Positions 1 to 9,185 are shown, counted from the first letter of the stretch. The stretch is DNA of 24,000 nt from an uncultured Actinomycetota bacterium (GCA_963740525.1 CAVUEG010000001.1:148159-172158); one strand, 5' to 3'. Program-made: numbers and translations. The notes: a model not told the origin generated them from the sequence alone.

Positions 1-987
1 CCCGGCCGCGTGCTGCTCGCCGAGGCCAACCAGTGGCCCTCCGACGTCGTCGACTACTTCGGCGGCGAGGTCAACGAGGACGGCGCCCTGGTGGGCACCG
101 AGTGCCACATGTGCTTCCACTTCCCGGTGATGCCGCGCATCTTCATGGCGGTCCGTCGCGAGTCCCGCTTCCCGATCTCGGAGATCCTCGAGCAGACGCC
201 GTCCATCCCAGACGGCTGCCAGTGGGGGATCTTCCTGCGCAACCACGACGAGCTGACGCTCGAGATGGTGACCGACGAGGACCGCGACTACATGTGGGAC
301 GAGTACGCCAAGGACCCGCGCATGGTCGCCAACATCGGCATCCGGCGCCGGCTTGCTCCCCTGCTCGACAACGACATCAACCGGATGGAGCTCTTCACCG
401 CGCTCCTGCTCTCGCTCCCTGGTTCCCCCGTGCTCTACTACGGCGACGAGATCGGGATGGGCGACAACATCTGGCTCGGTGACCGTGATGGCGTGCGCAC
501 GCCGATGCAGTGGACCCCGGACCGCAACGCCGGGTTCTCGGTGGCCACGCCCGGCAAGCTGCACCTGCCGGTGATTCAGGACCCGGTCTTCGGGTACCAA
601 CGCGTCAATGTGGAGACCGAGCTCGAGAACGCGTCGTCGCTCCTGCACTGGACCCGGCGAATGATCCACGCGCGCCGCAACCACCCTGCGTTCGGGCTCG
701 GCGACTTCGCCGACCTGGGCGGTTCCAACCCGAGCGTGCTCAGCTACATGCGCGAGCACACCAAGGCCGACGGTACGACCGACACCGTGCTGTGCGTCAA
801 CAACCTGTCCCGCTTCCCGCAGCCGGTCGAGCTCGACCTGCGCCGGTGGGAGGGCGTGGAGCCGATCGAGCTCCTCGGCGGGGTGCGGTTCCCCCAGATC
901 GGCGAGCTCCCGTACCTCCTGACGCTGGGCGGCTACGGCTTCTACTGGTTCCGCCTCCACCAACCAGACGAAGGGATCGCGACGTGA
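1..987 (+). CDS. treS: Trehalose synthase / maltose alpha-D-glucosyltransferase, C-terminal ~328 aa (5' end outside window)
   Basis: The frame of ORF 10..987 stays open back to base 1. The translation has GH13 TreS blocks (FLRNHDELTLEMVTDEDRDYMW, GSPVLYYGDEIGMGDNIWLGDRDGVRTPMQWTPDRNAGFS). The TGA stop at 985-987 overlaps the GTG of the next gene (GTGA). Confidence 0.9.
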   Translation, partial: PGRVLLAEANQWPSDVVDYFGGEVNEDGALVGTECHMCFHFPVMPRIFMAVRRESRFPISEILEQTPSIPDGCQWGIFLRNHDELTLEMVTDEDRDYMWDEYAKDPRMVANIGIRRRLAPLLDNDINRMELFTALLLSLPGSPVLYYGDEIGMGDNIWLGDRDGVRTPMQWTPDRNAGFSVATPGKLHLPVIQDPVFGYQRVNVETELENASSLLHWTRRMIHARRNHPAFGLGDFADLGGSNPSVLSYMREHTKADGTTDTVLCVNNLSRFPQPVELDLRRWEGVEPIELLGGVRFPQIGELPYLLTLGGYGFYWFRLHQPDEGIAT

Positions 988-2348
988 CGCTTCACCTCAC
1001 CGACTATGTCCTGTCCGCACGCTGGTTCGGGGGCAAGGGGCGCGACGGCGCCGTCACCGACCTGCGCCGGCTCGCCACCTTCGGCGAGCAGCCGGTGGTC
1101 GCCATCGAGCTCGTCACCGTCACCTATCCCGACGGCGACTCGGAGCTGTACCAGCTCCCCCTCGCCTACTACTCGACTCCGCAGGACCATCTCCACCACG
1201 CCTACGTCGGAGAGGACGACGACGACCAGCTAGGTCACGTCTTCGTGTACGACGCGCTCCACTGCCGCGACGCCACGGGTCACTGGCTCAGAGCCTTCGG
1301 CGAGTCGCTGACCGTCGACGGGCTGGTCTTCCACCGCCTGCCCGGTCACGACATCGACCTCACCACCCACTCGACCCTTTTCAGCGGTGAGCAGAGCAAC
1401 TCCTCAGTCGCCTTCGGCGAAGACAGCCTGATGAAGGTCTTCCGCAAGATCACCCCCGGCCAGAACCCCGACATCGACATCCACCGGGCACTGACCGAGG
1501 TCGGCAGCGACCACGTGGCGGCCCTGTACGGCTGGTTGGAGGCCCCTGCGCCCGATGGTGGCCCTGGCCTCCAGCTCGCCATGCTGCAGCAGTTCCTGCG
1601 CACGGGCTCGGACGGGTGGGTCCTCGCGCTCGCCAGCGTCCGCAACCTGTTCAGCGAGGCGGACCTGCACGCTGACGAGGTCGGTGGAGACTTCGCCGGC
1701 GAGGCCGAGCGACTCGGGATCGCGATCGCCGAGGTGCACGAGACCCTGCGAGAGCACTTCCCCACCGAGACCTGGGAGCGTGAGGCCGCCGTCCGGCTCG
1801 CCGACGCCATGGACGCCCGCCTCGAGGCTGCCGTGAAGGACGCCCCGGCTCTCGCCCCACACGCCGAGGGGCTGCGGGCGCTGTTCCACGAAGTCCGGAT
1901 CCTCGACGAGCCGGTGCTGGCCCAACGGGTGCACGGGGACCTCCATCTCGGCCAGACCCTCCGCACCGTGCGTGGCTGGAAGATCGTCGACTTCGAGGGC
2001 GAGCCAGCCAAGCCGCTCGCCGACCGACTCCTCCCGGACTCGCCCTGGCGTGACGTCGCCGGCATGCTCCGGTCCTTCGACTACGCCGCCCACGCCGCCG
2101 AGCGCGACGTCGAGGGTGACCCACGCCAGATCGCCCATCGCGCTCGCGAGTGGTCGCAGCGCAACCGTGACGCGTTCCTCTCCGGCTACCTCTCAGTCGC
2201 GACCCCGGACAAGGCGGAGGACGTCCTGCTCCGGGCCTACGAGGCGGACAAGGCCGTGTACGAGACCGTGTACGAGACCCGGAACCGGCCGACGTGGGTC
2301 ACGATCCCGCTCGCCGCTGTCGCGGCACTCTCCGGAGGTGTCGGATGA
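984..2348 (+). CDS. mak: Maltokinase (maltose 1-phosphate-forming, Pep2/Mak), 454 aa
   Basis: GTG at 984 is in the frame of ORF 510..2348. From this point the translation is maltokinase-like (VTLHLTDYVLSARWFGGKGR, SNSSVAFGEDSLMKVFRKI, HGDLHLGQTLRTVRGWKIVDFEGEPAKP, RDVAGMLRSFDYAA). The upstream 158 codons of the ORF are Arg/Pro-rich and overlap treS, so I rejected them. The position between treS and glgB fits the GlgE pathway. Confidence 0.85.
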   Translation: MTLHLTDYVLSARWFGGKGRDGAVTDLRRLATFGEQPVVAIELVTVTYPDGDSELYQLPLAYYSTPQDHLHHAYVGEDDDDQLGHVFVYDALHCRDATGHWLRAFGESLTVDGLVFHRLPGHDIDLTTHSTLFSGEQSNSSVAFGEDSLMKVFRKITPGQNPDIDIHRALTEVGSDHVAALYGWLEAPAPDGGPGLQLAMLQQFLRTGSDGWVLALASVRNLFSEADLHADEVGGDFAGEAERLGIAIAEVHETLREHFPTETWEREAAVRLADAMDARLEAAVKDAPALAPHAEGLRALFHEVRILDEPVLAQRVHGDLHLGQTLRTVRGWKIVDFEGEPAKPLADRLLPDSPWRDVAGMLRSFDYAAHAAERDVEGDPRQIAHRAREWSQRNRDAFLSGYLSVATPDKAEDVLLRAYEADKAVYETVYETRNRPTWVTIPLAAVAALSGGVG

Positions 2349-4514
2349 GTCGCACCGTCCCGCTCGCCGAGATGCAGCAGATCGTGGAGGGCCGCCACGG
2401 TCAGCCACACACCATCCTCGGCCCCCACCCGCTCGACGGTGTCGTCACCTTCCGCGTCTTCAAGCCACTGGCCGAGTCCGTCGCGGTGGTTCACGGCGAC
2501 ACCCGCACCGAGCTCACCCATGAGCACGAGGGCATCTGGGCCGGCGACCTCGAGGCAGCCGACGTGCCCGACTACCGCGTCGAGGTCACCTACGCGGGCG
2601 CTCCGCCGGTGACCGTGGACGACCCCTACCGCTACCTGCCCACGCTCGGCGAGATCGACATCCACCTGATCAACGAGGGACGGCACGAGCGGCTCTGGGA
2701 CGTGCTCGGCGCGCACGTCCACACCTACGACGGCCCCACCGGCTCCGTGACCGGCACCGCATTCGCGGTGTGGGCCCCGAACGCCAAGGGCATCCGGGTG
2801 AAGGGCGACTTCAACAGCTGGGACGGCCGCGAGCACCCGATGCGCCAGCTCGGCACCTCGGGCGTCTGGGAGCTGTTCGTCCCCGATGTCGTGCAGTGGC
2901 ACGAAGTACAAGTACATCGTCCTGGGTGCCGACGACGCCTGGCGCGAGAAGGCCGACCCGATGGCCTTCCAGTCGGAGATCGCCCCGGCCACCTCCTCGG
3001 TCGTCTTCGCCTCGAGCCATCAGTGGAGCGACCAGGACTGGATGGCCGCTCGCGCCAACCAGACCGGCATGCACGCGCGCCCGCTCTCGGTCTACGAGGT
3101 GCACCTGAACTCCTGGCGCCGCGACCGCTCGTACGTCGACCTGGCCGACGACCTGGTCGGCTACGTCGCCGACCTGGGCTTCACCCACGTCGAGCTGATG
3201 CCGGTGATGCAGCACCCATTCGGCGGCTCGTGGGGCTACCACGTGACGTCGTACTTCGCTGCGGACTCCCGGCTCGGCGACCCCGACGGTCTGCGCTACC
3301 TGATCGACCGGCTGCACCAGGCCGGCGTCGGCGTGATCCTGGACTGGGTTCCCGGGCACTTCGCGACCGACGAGTGGGCGCTGGCCCGCTTCGACGGTAC
3401 GCCGCTCTACGAGGACCCGAACCCGCAGCGCGGGTGGCACAAGGAGTGGGGCTCCCACATCTTCAACTTCGGGCGCAAGGAGGTCCGCAACTACCTCGTC
3501 GCCAACGCGCTCTTCTGGCTCGAGGAGTTCCACGCGGACGGGCTCCGCGTCGACGGTGTGGCCTCGATGCTCTACCTCGACTACTCCCGCGAGCCGGGCG
3601 AGTGGTCCCCCAACGTGTACGGCGGCCGGGAGAACCTCGAGGCGGTCCAGTTCCTCCAGGAGATGAACGCCACCGTCTACAAGCGGGTCCCCGGGGCGAT
3701 GACGATCGCGGAGGAGTCGACCTCGTGGCCCGGGGTGACCCGGGCGACGAGCGACGGCGGCCTGGGCTTCGGCTTCAAGTGGAACATGGGGTGGATGCAC
3801 GACACCCTCGGCTACGTCGAGAACGAGCCCGTGCACCGCAGCTATCACCACGGTCAGATGACGTTCTCGCTCGTCTACGCGTGGTCGGAGAACTACCTGC
3901 TGCCGATCAGCCACGACGAGGTCGTACACGGCAAGGGCTCCCTGTTGCGCAAGATGCCCGGGGACCGCTGGCAGCAGCTGGCGAACCTCCGCAACTACCT
4001 GGCATTCATGTGGGCGCACCCCGGCAAGCAGCTGATCTTCATGGGTTCGGAGTTCGGCCAGGAGTCCGAGTGGGCCGAGGCTCGCGAGCTCGACTGGTGG
4101 CTGCTCGACCATGTGGAGCACCGCGGGGTGCAGTCCCTGGTGCGAGACCTCAACCGGGTCTACGCAGAGACTGCCGCACTGTGGTCCCAGGACACCGACC
4201 CAGCCGGGTTCGAGTGGCTCGACGCCAACGACGCCGACCGCAACGTGTTCGGCTTCGTCCGCAAGGCGTCCGGAGACCAACCGCCGCTGGTGTGCCTGGC
4301 GAACTTCTCCGCCATCCCGCACGAGGGCTACACCGTGGGGTTCCCCCACGCCGGCGAGTGGCGCGAGGTCATGAACACCGACGCCGAGACCTACTCCGGG
4401 TCGGGGGTCGGCAACCTGGGGGTCGTGACCGCGACGGAGACGCCGAGCCATGGTCAGCCCGCCTCGGCCACGCTCCGGCTGCCTCCCCTCGGAACTCTCT
4501 GGCTGGCGCCCTGA
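2345..4514 (+). pseudogene. glgB: 1,4-alpha-glucan branching enzyme GlgB, interrupted by one frame break near 2894 (real frameshift or sequencing error)
   Basis: The N-terminal ~183 aa lie in the frame of ATG 2345 (MSRTVPLAEMQQIVEGRHGQPH...[29 protein letters not shown]). The rest lies in the +1 frame ([22 protein letters not shown]...[13 protein letters not shown]...[15 protein letters not shown]...[10 protein letters not shown]...[12 protein letters not shown]) and ends at TGA 4512-4514. The switch falls between 2891 and 2897. Total length is 2170 nt, which is 1 mod 3. ATG 2345 overlaps the mak stop (ATGA). Confidence 0.85.
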
Positions 4515-4527
4515 CTAGGGTCGACCC

Positions 4528-5604
4528 ATGAGCGCCCCGGAGCCACAGCCCGAGCTCACCGACGGCGTGGTGACCCTGCGGGCCTGGCGTGACGACGACG
4601 TCGAGGCCGCCGTCGCCGGTCACGACGAGGAGATCGCGCACTGGTTCGGCTGGCCGGGCCAGCGACCGACCCCCGGGAGGATGCAAGCGTCTGTCGATTC
4701 CTGGCGGCAGGGGTACGCCGACAACCGGTCCGTGGTCGCTTTCGTGATCGTGCACGACACCGAGGTCGCCGGCAGCATCGACATCCGCGCCATCGGGGAG
4801 GGGACCGGCCACGTCTCCTGGGCGCTGTACGCCGGCCACCGGGGTCACGGCTACGCCACCCGGGCGCTGCGGCTCCTGTGCGACTACGCCCTGGCCGAGC
4901 TCGGGATGACCCGCGTCGAGGCCAAGGTCGAGCCGGGGAACCAGGCCTCGCTGCGCGTCGCCACGCGAGCCGGGATGCGCCGCGAGGGCGTGCGAAGAGT
5001 GGCGCCGGGCTCAGGCGACCGGGCCGAGACGACCGAGTACGTCCTGTTCTCACGGCTCGTCTCTGATCCCCCGCTGGAGGAGCCCGAGGCCTTCCGGGCC
5101 CTGTTGAACTCCTTCCTGCCGCGCAAGCGAGCGATCAGCCAGATGCTGATCCGCGACGACACCGGCCGGGTGCTGCTGTGCCAGCTCACCTACAAGCGCG
5201 ACTGGGACCTGCCCGGCGGGGTCGTCGAGGTCGGGGAGTCGCCGCAGCTGGCCGTCGCCCGCGAGGTCGAGGAGGAGCTCGCCCTGACCGTGCCGGCAGG
5301 ACGGCTGTTGCTGACCGACTGGCTGCCGGCCTGGAGCGGCTGGGACGACGCGGTCTGCCTGGTCTTCGACGGCGGGACTCACGACCCGGCGATCGTCGAG
5401 GACATCGTGCACGAGGCCCGCGAGATCCGGGGCGCCGAGTTCTGCACCGCTGAGGAGGTGCGTGCCCGGTGCGCCGACTTCACCGCCCGCCGGATCGCGG
5501 CCGCGCTGGCGAACCTCGTCTCCGGCGGTCCGGCGTACACCGAGAGCGGACGCAGTCCCGACACGGCGGATCCCGACCCCTCAGACCGGCTGCGGACCGA
5601 TTGA
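4528..5604 (+). CDS. Two-domain protein: N-terminal GNAT (RimJ/RimL-like) N-acetyltransferase fused to C-terminal Nudix hydrolase, 358 aa
   Basis: This is a single uninterrupted ORF. Residues ~10-175 look like a GNAT fold (VTLRAWRDDDVEA..., HRGHGYATRALRLLCDYALAELGMTRVEAKVEPGNQASLRVATRAGMRREG). Residues ~215-240 carry a near-canonical Nudix box, GGVVEVGESPQLAVAREVEEELAL (GX5EX7REUXEEXGU with the last G replaced by A). Confidence 0.75.
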   Translation: MSAPEPQPELTDGVVTLRAWRDDDVEAAVAGHDEEIAHWFGWPGQRPTPGRMQASVDSWRQGYADNRSVVAFVIVHDTEVAGSIDIRAIGEGTGHVSWALYAGHRGHGYATRALRLLCDYALAELGMTRVEAKVEPGNQASLRVATRAGMRREGVRRVAPGSGDRAETTEYVLFSRLVSDPPLEEPEAFRALLNSFLPRKRAISQMLIRDDTGRVLLCQLTYKRDWDLPGGVVEVGESPQLAVAREVEEELALTVPAGRLLLTDWLPAWSGWDDAVCLVFDGGTHDPAIVEDIVHEAREIRGAEFCTAEEVRARCADFTARRIAAALANLVSGGPAYTESGRSPDTADPDPSDRLRTD

Positions 5605-5653
5605 GGGCGGGTCAACCCTGTCGGACCGCGAGCCAGCGGGGCAAGATCAGGGT

Positions 5654-8332
5654 GTGAGCGCCTACGTATTCGACTTCACCGACGGTGACAAGGACCAGAA
5701 GGATCTCCTCGGCGGCAAGGGGGCCAACCTCGCCGAGATGACGAACCTGGGACTACCGGTCCCGCCGGGGTTCACGATCACGACGGCGGCCTGCCTGGCC
5801 TACCTGGACCAGGGGCGCCTGCCCGACGGCCTCGCCGACGAGGTGACCGCGCACCTGGGCGGCGTCGAGAAGGCGATGGGACGCCGACTGGGCCAGGCAG
5901 ACGATCCCCTGCTCGTGTCGGTGCGGTCCGGCGCGAAGTTCTCGATGCCGGGGATGATGGAGACCGTTCTCAACGTCGGCCTCAACGACGAGTCGGTGAG
6001 CGGGCTTGCCGCAGTCTCCGGCGACGAGCGCTTCGCCCAGGACTCCTACCGGCGCCTGATCCAGATGTTCGGCTCCACCGTCCTGGGAGTCGAGTCCGAG
6101 GTGTTCTCCGCCGCCCTCGACTCGCTGAAGCAGGAGCGCGGCTCCGACAACGACCTCGACCTTGATGTCGACGCGCTGCGAGAGCTGGTCGCGACGTACC
6201 AGGAGCTGGTGCGTGAGCACGCGGGGCGGGACTTCCCCCAGGACCCGCGCGAGCAGCTCGACCTGGCGGTGCAGGCGGTCTTCGACTCCTGGAACACCGA
6301 CCGCGCGGTGCTCTACCGCCGCCAGGAGCGGATCCCCGACGACCTCGGCACCGCGGTCAACGTCCAGTCGATGGTCTTCGGCAACCAGGGCTCCGACTCC
6401 GGGTCCGGCGTGGCCTTCACCCGGGACCCCGCCAGCGGAGCCCAGGGCATCTACGGCGACTATCTCCAGAACGCCCAGGGCGAGGACGTCGTCGCCGGGA
6501 TCAGGAACACCGTCTCTCTCGCCGACCTGGCCGAGCTCGACCGCACCTCGTACGACGAGCTCGTCGCGATCATGGAGAAGCTCGAGAAGCACTACCACGA
6601 CATGTGCGACATCGAGTTCACCATCGAGCGCGGGAAGCTGTGGATGCTGCAGACGCGGGTCGGCAAGCGGACCCCCGAGGCGACGTTCCGGATCGCGGTC
6701 CACATGGCCGACGAAGAGCTGATCGACCTCGACGAGGCCGTACGCCGCACCAGTGGAGCGCAGCTGGCCCAGCTGATGTTCCCCAGCTTCGACGCGAAGG
6801 CCCAGCGAACCCTTCTCGCCAAGGGGATGAACGCATCCCCCGGCGCGGCGGTCGGGAGGGTGGTCTTCGACTCGGACACGGCGGTCGAGTGGGCCGAGCG
6901 CGGCGAGGACGTGATCCTGGTCCGCAAGGAGACCAACCCCGACGACCTGCGCGGCATGGTCGCCGCGCGCGGCATCCTGACCAGCCGCGGAGGCAAGACC
7001 TCGCACGCGGCCGTGGTCGCCCGCGGCATGGGACGCACCTGCGTGTGTGGCGCGGAGTCGCTGGACGTGAACAGTCGCGACCGGGAGTTCCGGGTGCGCG
7101 GCGGTGACATGGTGCGCGAGGGCGACCTGATCTCCATCGACGGGACCACCGGCGAGGTGTTCGCCGGGGCCGTCCCCGTGACCGACTCCTACATCGTGCG
7201 CCACTTCGAGGGTGAGCACGTCGAGCAGGACCTCGTGGTCTCCGTCGCGAAGATCATGGAGCGCGCCGACGACGCCCGGAGGCTCAGGGTGCGGGCCAAC
7301 GCCGACACCCCCGAGGACGCTGCCCGTGCCCGTCGCTTCGGCGCCGAGGGGATCGGCCTGTGCCGCACCGAGCACATGTTCCTCGGCGAGCGGCGCGCCC
7401 TGGTCGAGGACCTCATCGTCGCCGAGGACGAGGATTCCCAGCAGGCAGCTCTGGCCGCGCTCCTTCCCCTGCAGCGCAAGGACTTCGTCGAGATCCTGGA
7501 GGTGATGGACGGTCTCCCGGTCACGATCAGGCTGATCGACCCGCCGCTGCACGAGTTCCTGCCCGACTACACCGAGCTGTCGATCAAGGTCGCCGTCGAG
7601 GACGTGCGCGGCAAGCACAACAAGCGACAGCTGAAGCTCTTGGAGGCGGTCAAGCGACTGCACGAGCAGAACCCGATGCTGGGTCTGCGCGGGGTCCGGC
7701 TGGGCATCGTGATCCCGGGACTGTTCACGATGCAGGCACGCGCGATCCTCGAGGCCGCCGCAGAGCGGCTCGAGGCCGGAGGGGACCCCCAGCCCGAGAT
7801 CATGATCCCGCTGGTCGGCTCGGTCCGTGAGCTCGACCTGGTCCGCGAGCAGATCCTGGTCGAGGCCCAGTCGGTCGCGGAGGAGAAGGGCCGGAAGATC
7901 CCTCACCGGATCGGGACGATGATCGAGCTCCCCCGTGCCGCGCTCACGGCCGGACAGATCGCCGAGTCTGCGGAGTTCTTCTCCTTCGGCACCAACGACC
8001 TGACCCAGATGACGTGGGGCTTCTCCCGTGACGACGTGGAGGCTGCGTTCTTCTCGACCTACCTCGACCAGGGCGTCTTCGGTGTCTCGCCCTTCGAGTC
8101 GCTCGACGTCGAGGGCGTCGGCGAGCTGGTCAGGGTCGCGGTCGAGCGCGGTCGTCGTACGCGCCCGGACCTGCACCTGGGAATCTGCGGTGAGCACGGC
8201 GGTGACCCAGCCTCGATCCACTTCTTCGACGACGTGGGCCTCGACTACGTGTCCTGCTCCCCCTTCCGGGTCCCGGTGGCCCGGCTCGAGGCGGGACGCG
8301 CCACGCTCGGCGGCGAGCCGCCCCGGCAGTGA
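5654..8332 (+). CDS. ppdK: Pyruvate, phosphate dikinase, 892 aa
   Basis: GTG at 5654 is in the frame of ORF 5462..8332. PPDK blocks run from the first residues (VSAYVFDFTDGDKDQKDLLGGKGANLAEMTNLGLPVPPGFTITT). The catalytic-His region is GGKTSHAAVVARGMG. The PEP/pyruvate domain shows GLCRTEHMF and FFSFGTNDLTQMT...ICGEHGGDP. The upstream 64 codons are Arg/Pro-rich and overlap the previous gene. Confidence 0.92.
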   Translation: MSAYVFDFTDGDKDQKDLLGGKGANLAEMTNLGLPVPPGFTITTAACLAYLDQGRLPDGLADEVTAHLGGVEKAMGRRLGQADDPLLVSVRSGAKFSMPGMMETVLNVGLNDESVSGLAAVSGDERFAQDSYRRLIQMFGSTVLGVESEVFSAALDSLKQERGSDNDLDLDVDALRELVATYQELVREHAGRDFPQDPREQLDLAVQAVFDSWNTDRAVLYRRQERIPDDLGTAVNVQSMVFGNQGSDSGSGVAFTRDPASGAQGIYGDYLQNAQGEDVVAGIRNTVSLADLAELDRTSYDELVAIMEKLEKHYHDMCDIEFTIERGKLWMLQTRVGKRTPEATFRIAVHMADEELIDLDEAVRRTSGAQLAQLMFPSFDAKAQRTLLAKGMNASPGAAVGRVVFDSDTAVEWAERGEDVILVRKETNPDDLRGMVAARGILTSRGGKTSHAAVVARGMGRTCVCGAESLDVNSRDREFRVRGGDMVREGDLISIDGTTGEVFAGAVPVTDSYIVRHFEGEHVEQDLVVSVAKIMERADDARRLRVRANADTPEDAARARRFGAEGIGLCRTEHMFLGERRALVEDLIVAEDEDSQQAALAALLPLQRKDFVEILEVMDGLPVTIRLIDPPLHEFLPDYTELSIKVAVEDVRGKHNKRQLKLLEAVKRLHEQNPMLGLRGVRLGIVIPGLFTMQARAILEAAAERLEAGGDPQPEIMIPLVGSVRELDLVREQILVEAQSVAEEKGRKIPHRIGTMIELPRAALTAGQIAESAEFFSFGTNDLTQMTWGFSRDDVEAAFFSTYLDQGVFGVSPFESLDVEGVGELVRVAVERGRRTRPDLHLGICGEHGGDPASIHFFDDVGLDYVSCSPFRVPVARLEAGRATLGGEPPRQ

Positions 8333-8390
8333 GCCGACCCGTAGGTTGGTGTCAGTGGCACGTCACCTCAGGTTCGGACAGGGAGCAGAC

Positions 8391-9173
8391 ATGAGCACGC
8401 GCGACGGCACCTCAACGTCCACCGGCATCAGCCCCGAGCGCTTCGCGCGGCTGCGAGCCTGGAACCTCGGGCTGACGGCACTCCACCTGGCACAGGCCGT
8501 GGGGATCCTGCTGCTGGCGGGCACCTTCGCGATCACGGTCACGTCCTCCTTCCCCGAGGGACCTCCCGGGAGCGCAACCCCGGCGCCCGCGAGCCTGTTC
8601 GACGTCCGGATCGGGTGGGCGGTCGCGGTGTTCCTGGGCCTGGCTGCGCTCGACCACCTGCTGACCGCCACCGTGGCCCGCGGGCCGTACGAGCGGGACC
8701 TCCAGCGCGGCATCAACCGGTTCCGCTGGGTGGAGTACTCCGTCAGCGCCACCCTGATGGTGGTGCTGATCGGGTTCTACTCGGGGATCACCGGCATCAA
8801 CGCCGTGCTCGCCGTCATCGGCGCCAACGTCGCGATGATCCTGTTCGGGTGGCTCCAGGAGCTGATGAACCCGCCGGGACGCACCAGCACGACGATGCTG
8901 CCGTTCTGGTTCGGGACCCTCGCCGGGCTGGCTCCGTGGGCGTCGATCGCGGTCAACGTGCTGGGGTCCGAGACGGTGCCGGGCTTCGTCTACGGCATCG
9001 TGCTGGCCCAGGGGCTGCTCTTCTTCAGCTTCGGCCTCAACCAGTGGCTGCAGTACCGCGGAGTCGGTCGGTGGCGCGACTACGCGTTCGGGGAGACGGC
9101 GTACCTCGTGCTGAGCCTGGTGGCGAAGTCGCTGCTCGCCTGGCAGATCTTCGGTGGCTCACTCGCCGGCTGA
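8391..9173 (+). CDS. Heliorhodopsin (7-TM retinal protein of the heliorhodopsin family), 260 aa
   Basis: ATG at 8391 has GGGAG at 8381-8385, 5 nt upstream. There are seven hydrophobic segments. Family-specific blocks are present: FRWVEYSVS (Glu115, codon 8733-8735), MILFGWLQE, LPFWFG, VPGFVYGI, and YLVLSLVAKSLLAWQIFGG (Lys246, codon 9126-9128). His32 and His89 occupy the two conserved histidine positions. I recognised the family by recalled similarity to reference heliorhodopsin 48C12; no search was run. Confidence 0.85.
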   Translation: MSTRDGTSTSTGISPERFARLRAWNLGLTALHLAQAVGILLLAGTFAITVTSSFPEGPPGSATPAPASLFDVRIGWAVAVFLGLAALDHLLTATVARGPYERDLQRGINRFRWVEYSVSATLMVVLIGFYSGITGINAVLAVIGANVAMILFGWLQELMNPPGRTSTTMLPFWFGTLAGLAPWASIAVNVLGSETVPGFVYGIVLAQGLLFFSFGLNQWLQYRGVGRWRDYAFGETAYLVLSLVAKSLLAWQIFGGSLAG

Positions 9174-9185
9174 GGCACCCCTCAG
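9170..9185. terminator. Short hairpin CTGAGG-cacc-CCTCAG between convergent genes; possible weak bidirectional terminator
   Basis: A perfect 6-bp stem with a 4-nt loop is read directly from the sequence. The left arm contains the heliorhodopsin TGA (9171-9173). The right arm contains the minus-strand TGA of the YbbN-like gene (9182-9184). There is no U-tract. Confidence 0.25.

Noticed and set aside
510-983. N-terminal 158-codon extension of the maltokinase ORF
   Set aside because: It overlaps treS in another frame and is Arg/Pro-rich. Maltokinase homology begins exactly at GTG 984, which overlaps the treS stop.
2811-4451. 546-aa minus-strand ORF opposite glgB
   Set aside because: It is the same kind of GC-shadow ORF. 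It has no recognisable motifs, and the sense strand encodes a textbook GH13 branching enzyme.
5462-5653. N-terminal 64-codon extension of the ppdK ORF
   Set aside because: It overlaps the GNAT-Nudix gene, and PPDK homology starts at GTG 5654.
5753-8221. 822-aa ORF on the minus strand opposite ppdK
   Set aside because: It is a shadow ORF typical of very GC-rich DNA. The translation is Gly/Arg/Asp/Val/Pro-rich and low-complexity with no recognisable family. It lies entirely antisense to an unambiguous ppdK.
8028-8390. N-terminal 121-codon extension of the heliorhodopsin ORF
   Set aside because: It overlaps the ppdK 3' end in another frame and is Ser/Arg/Thr-rich. ATG 8391 has a good GGGAG ribosome-binding site, and the resulting 260-aa length fits the family.
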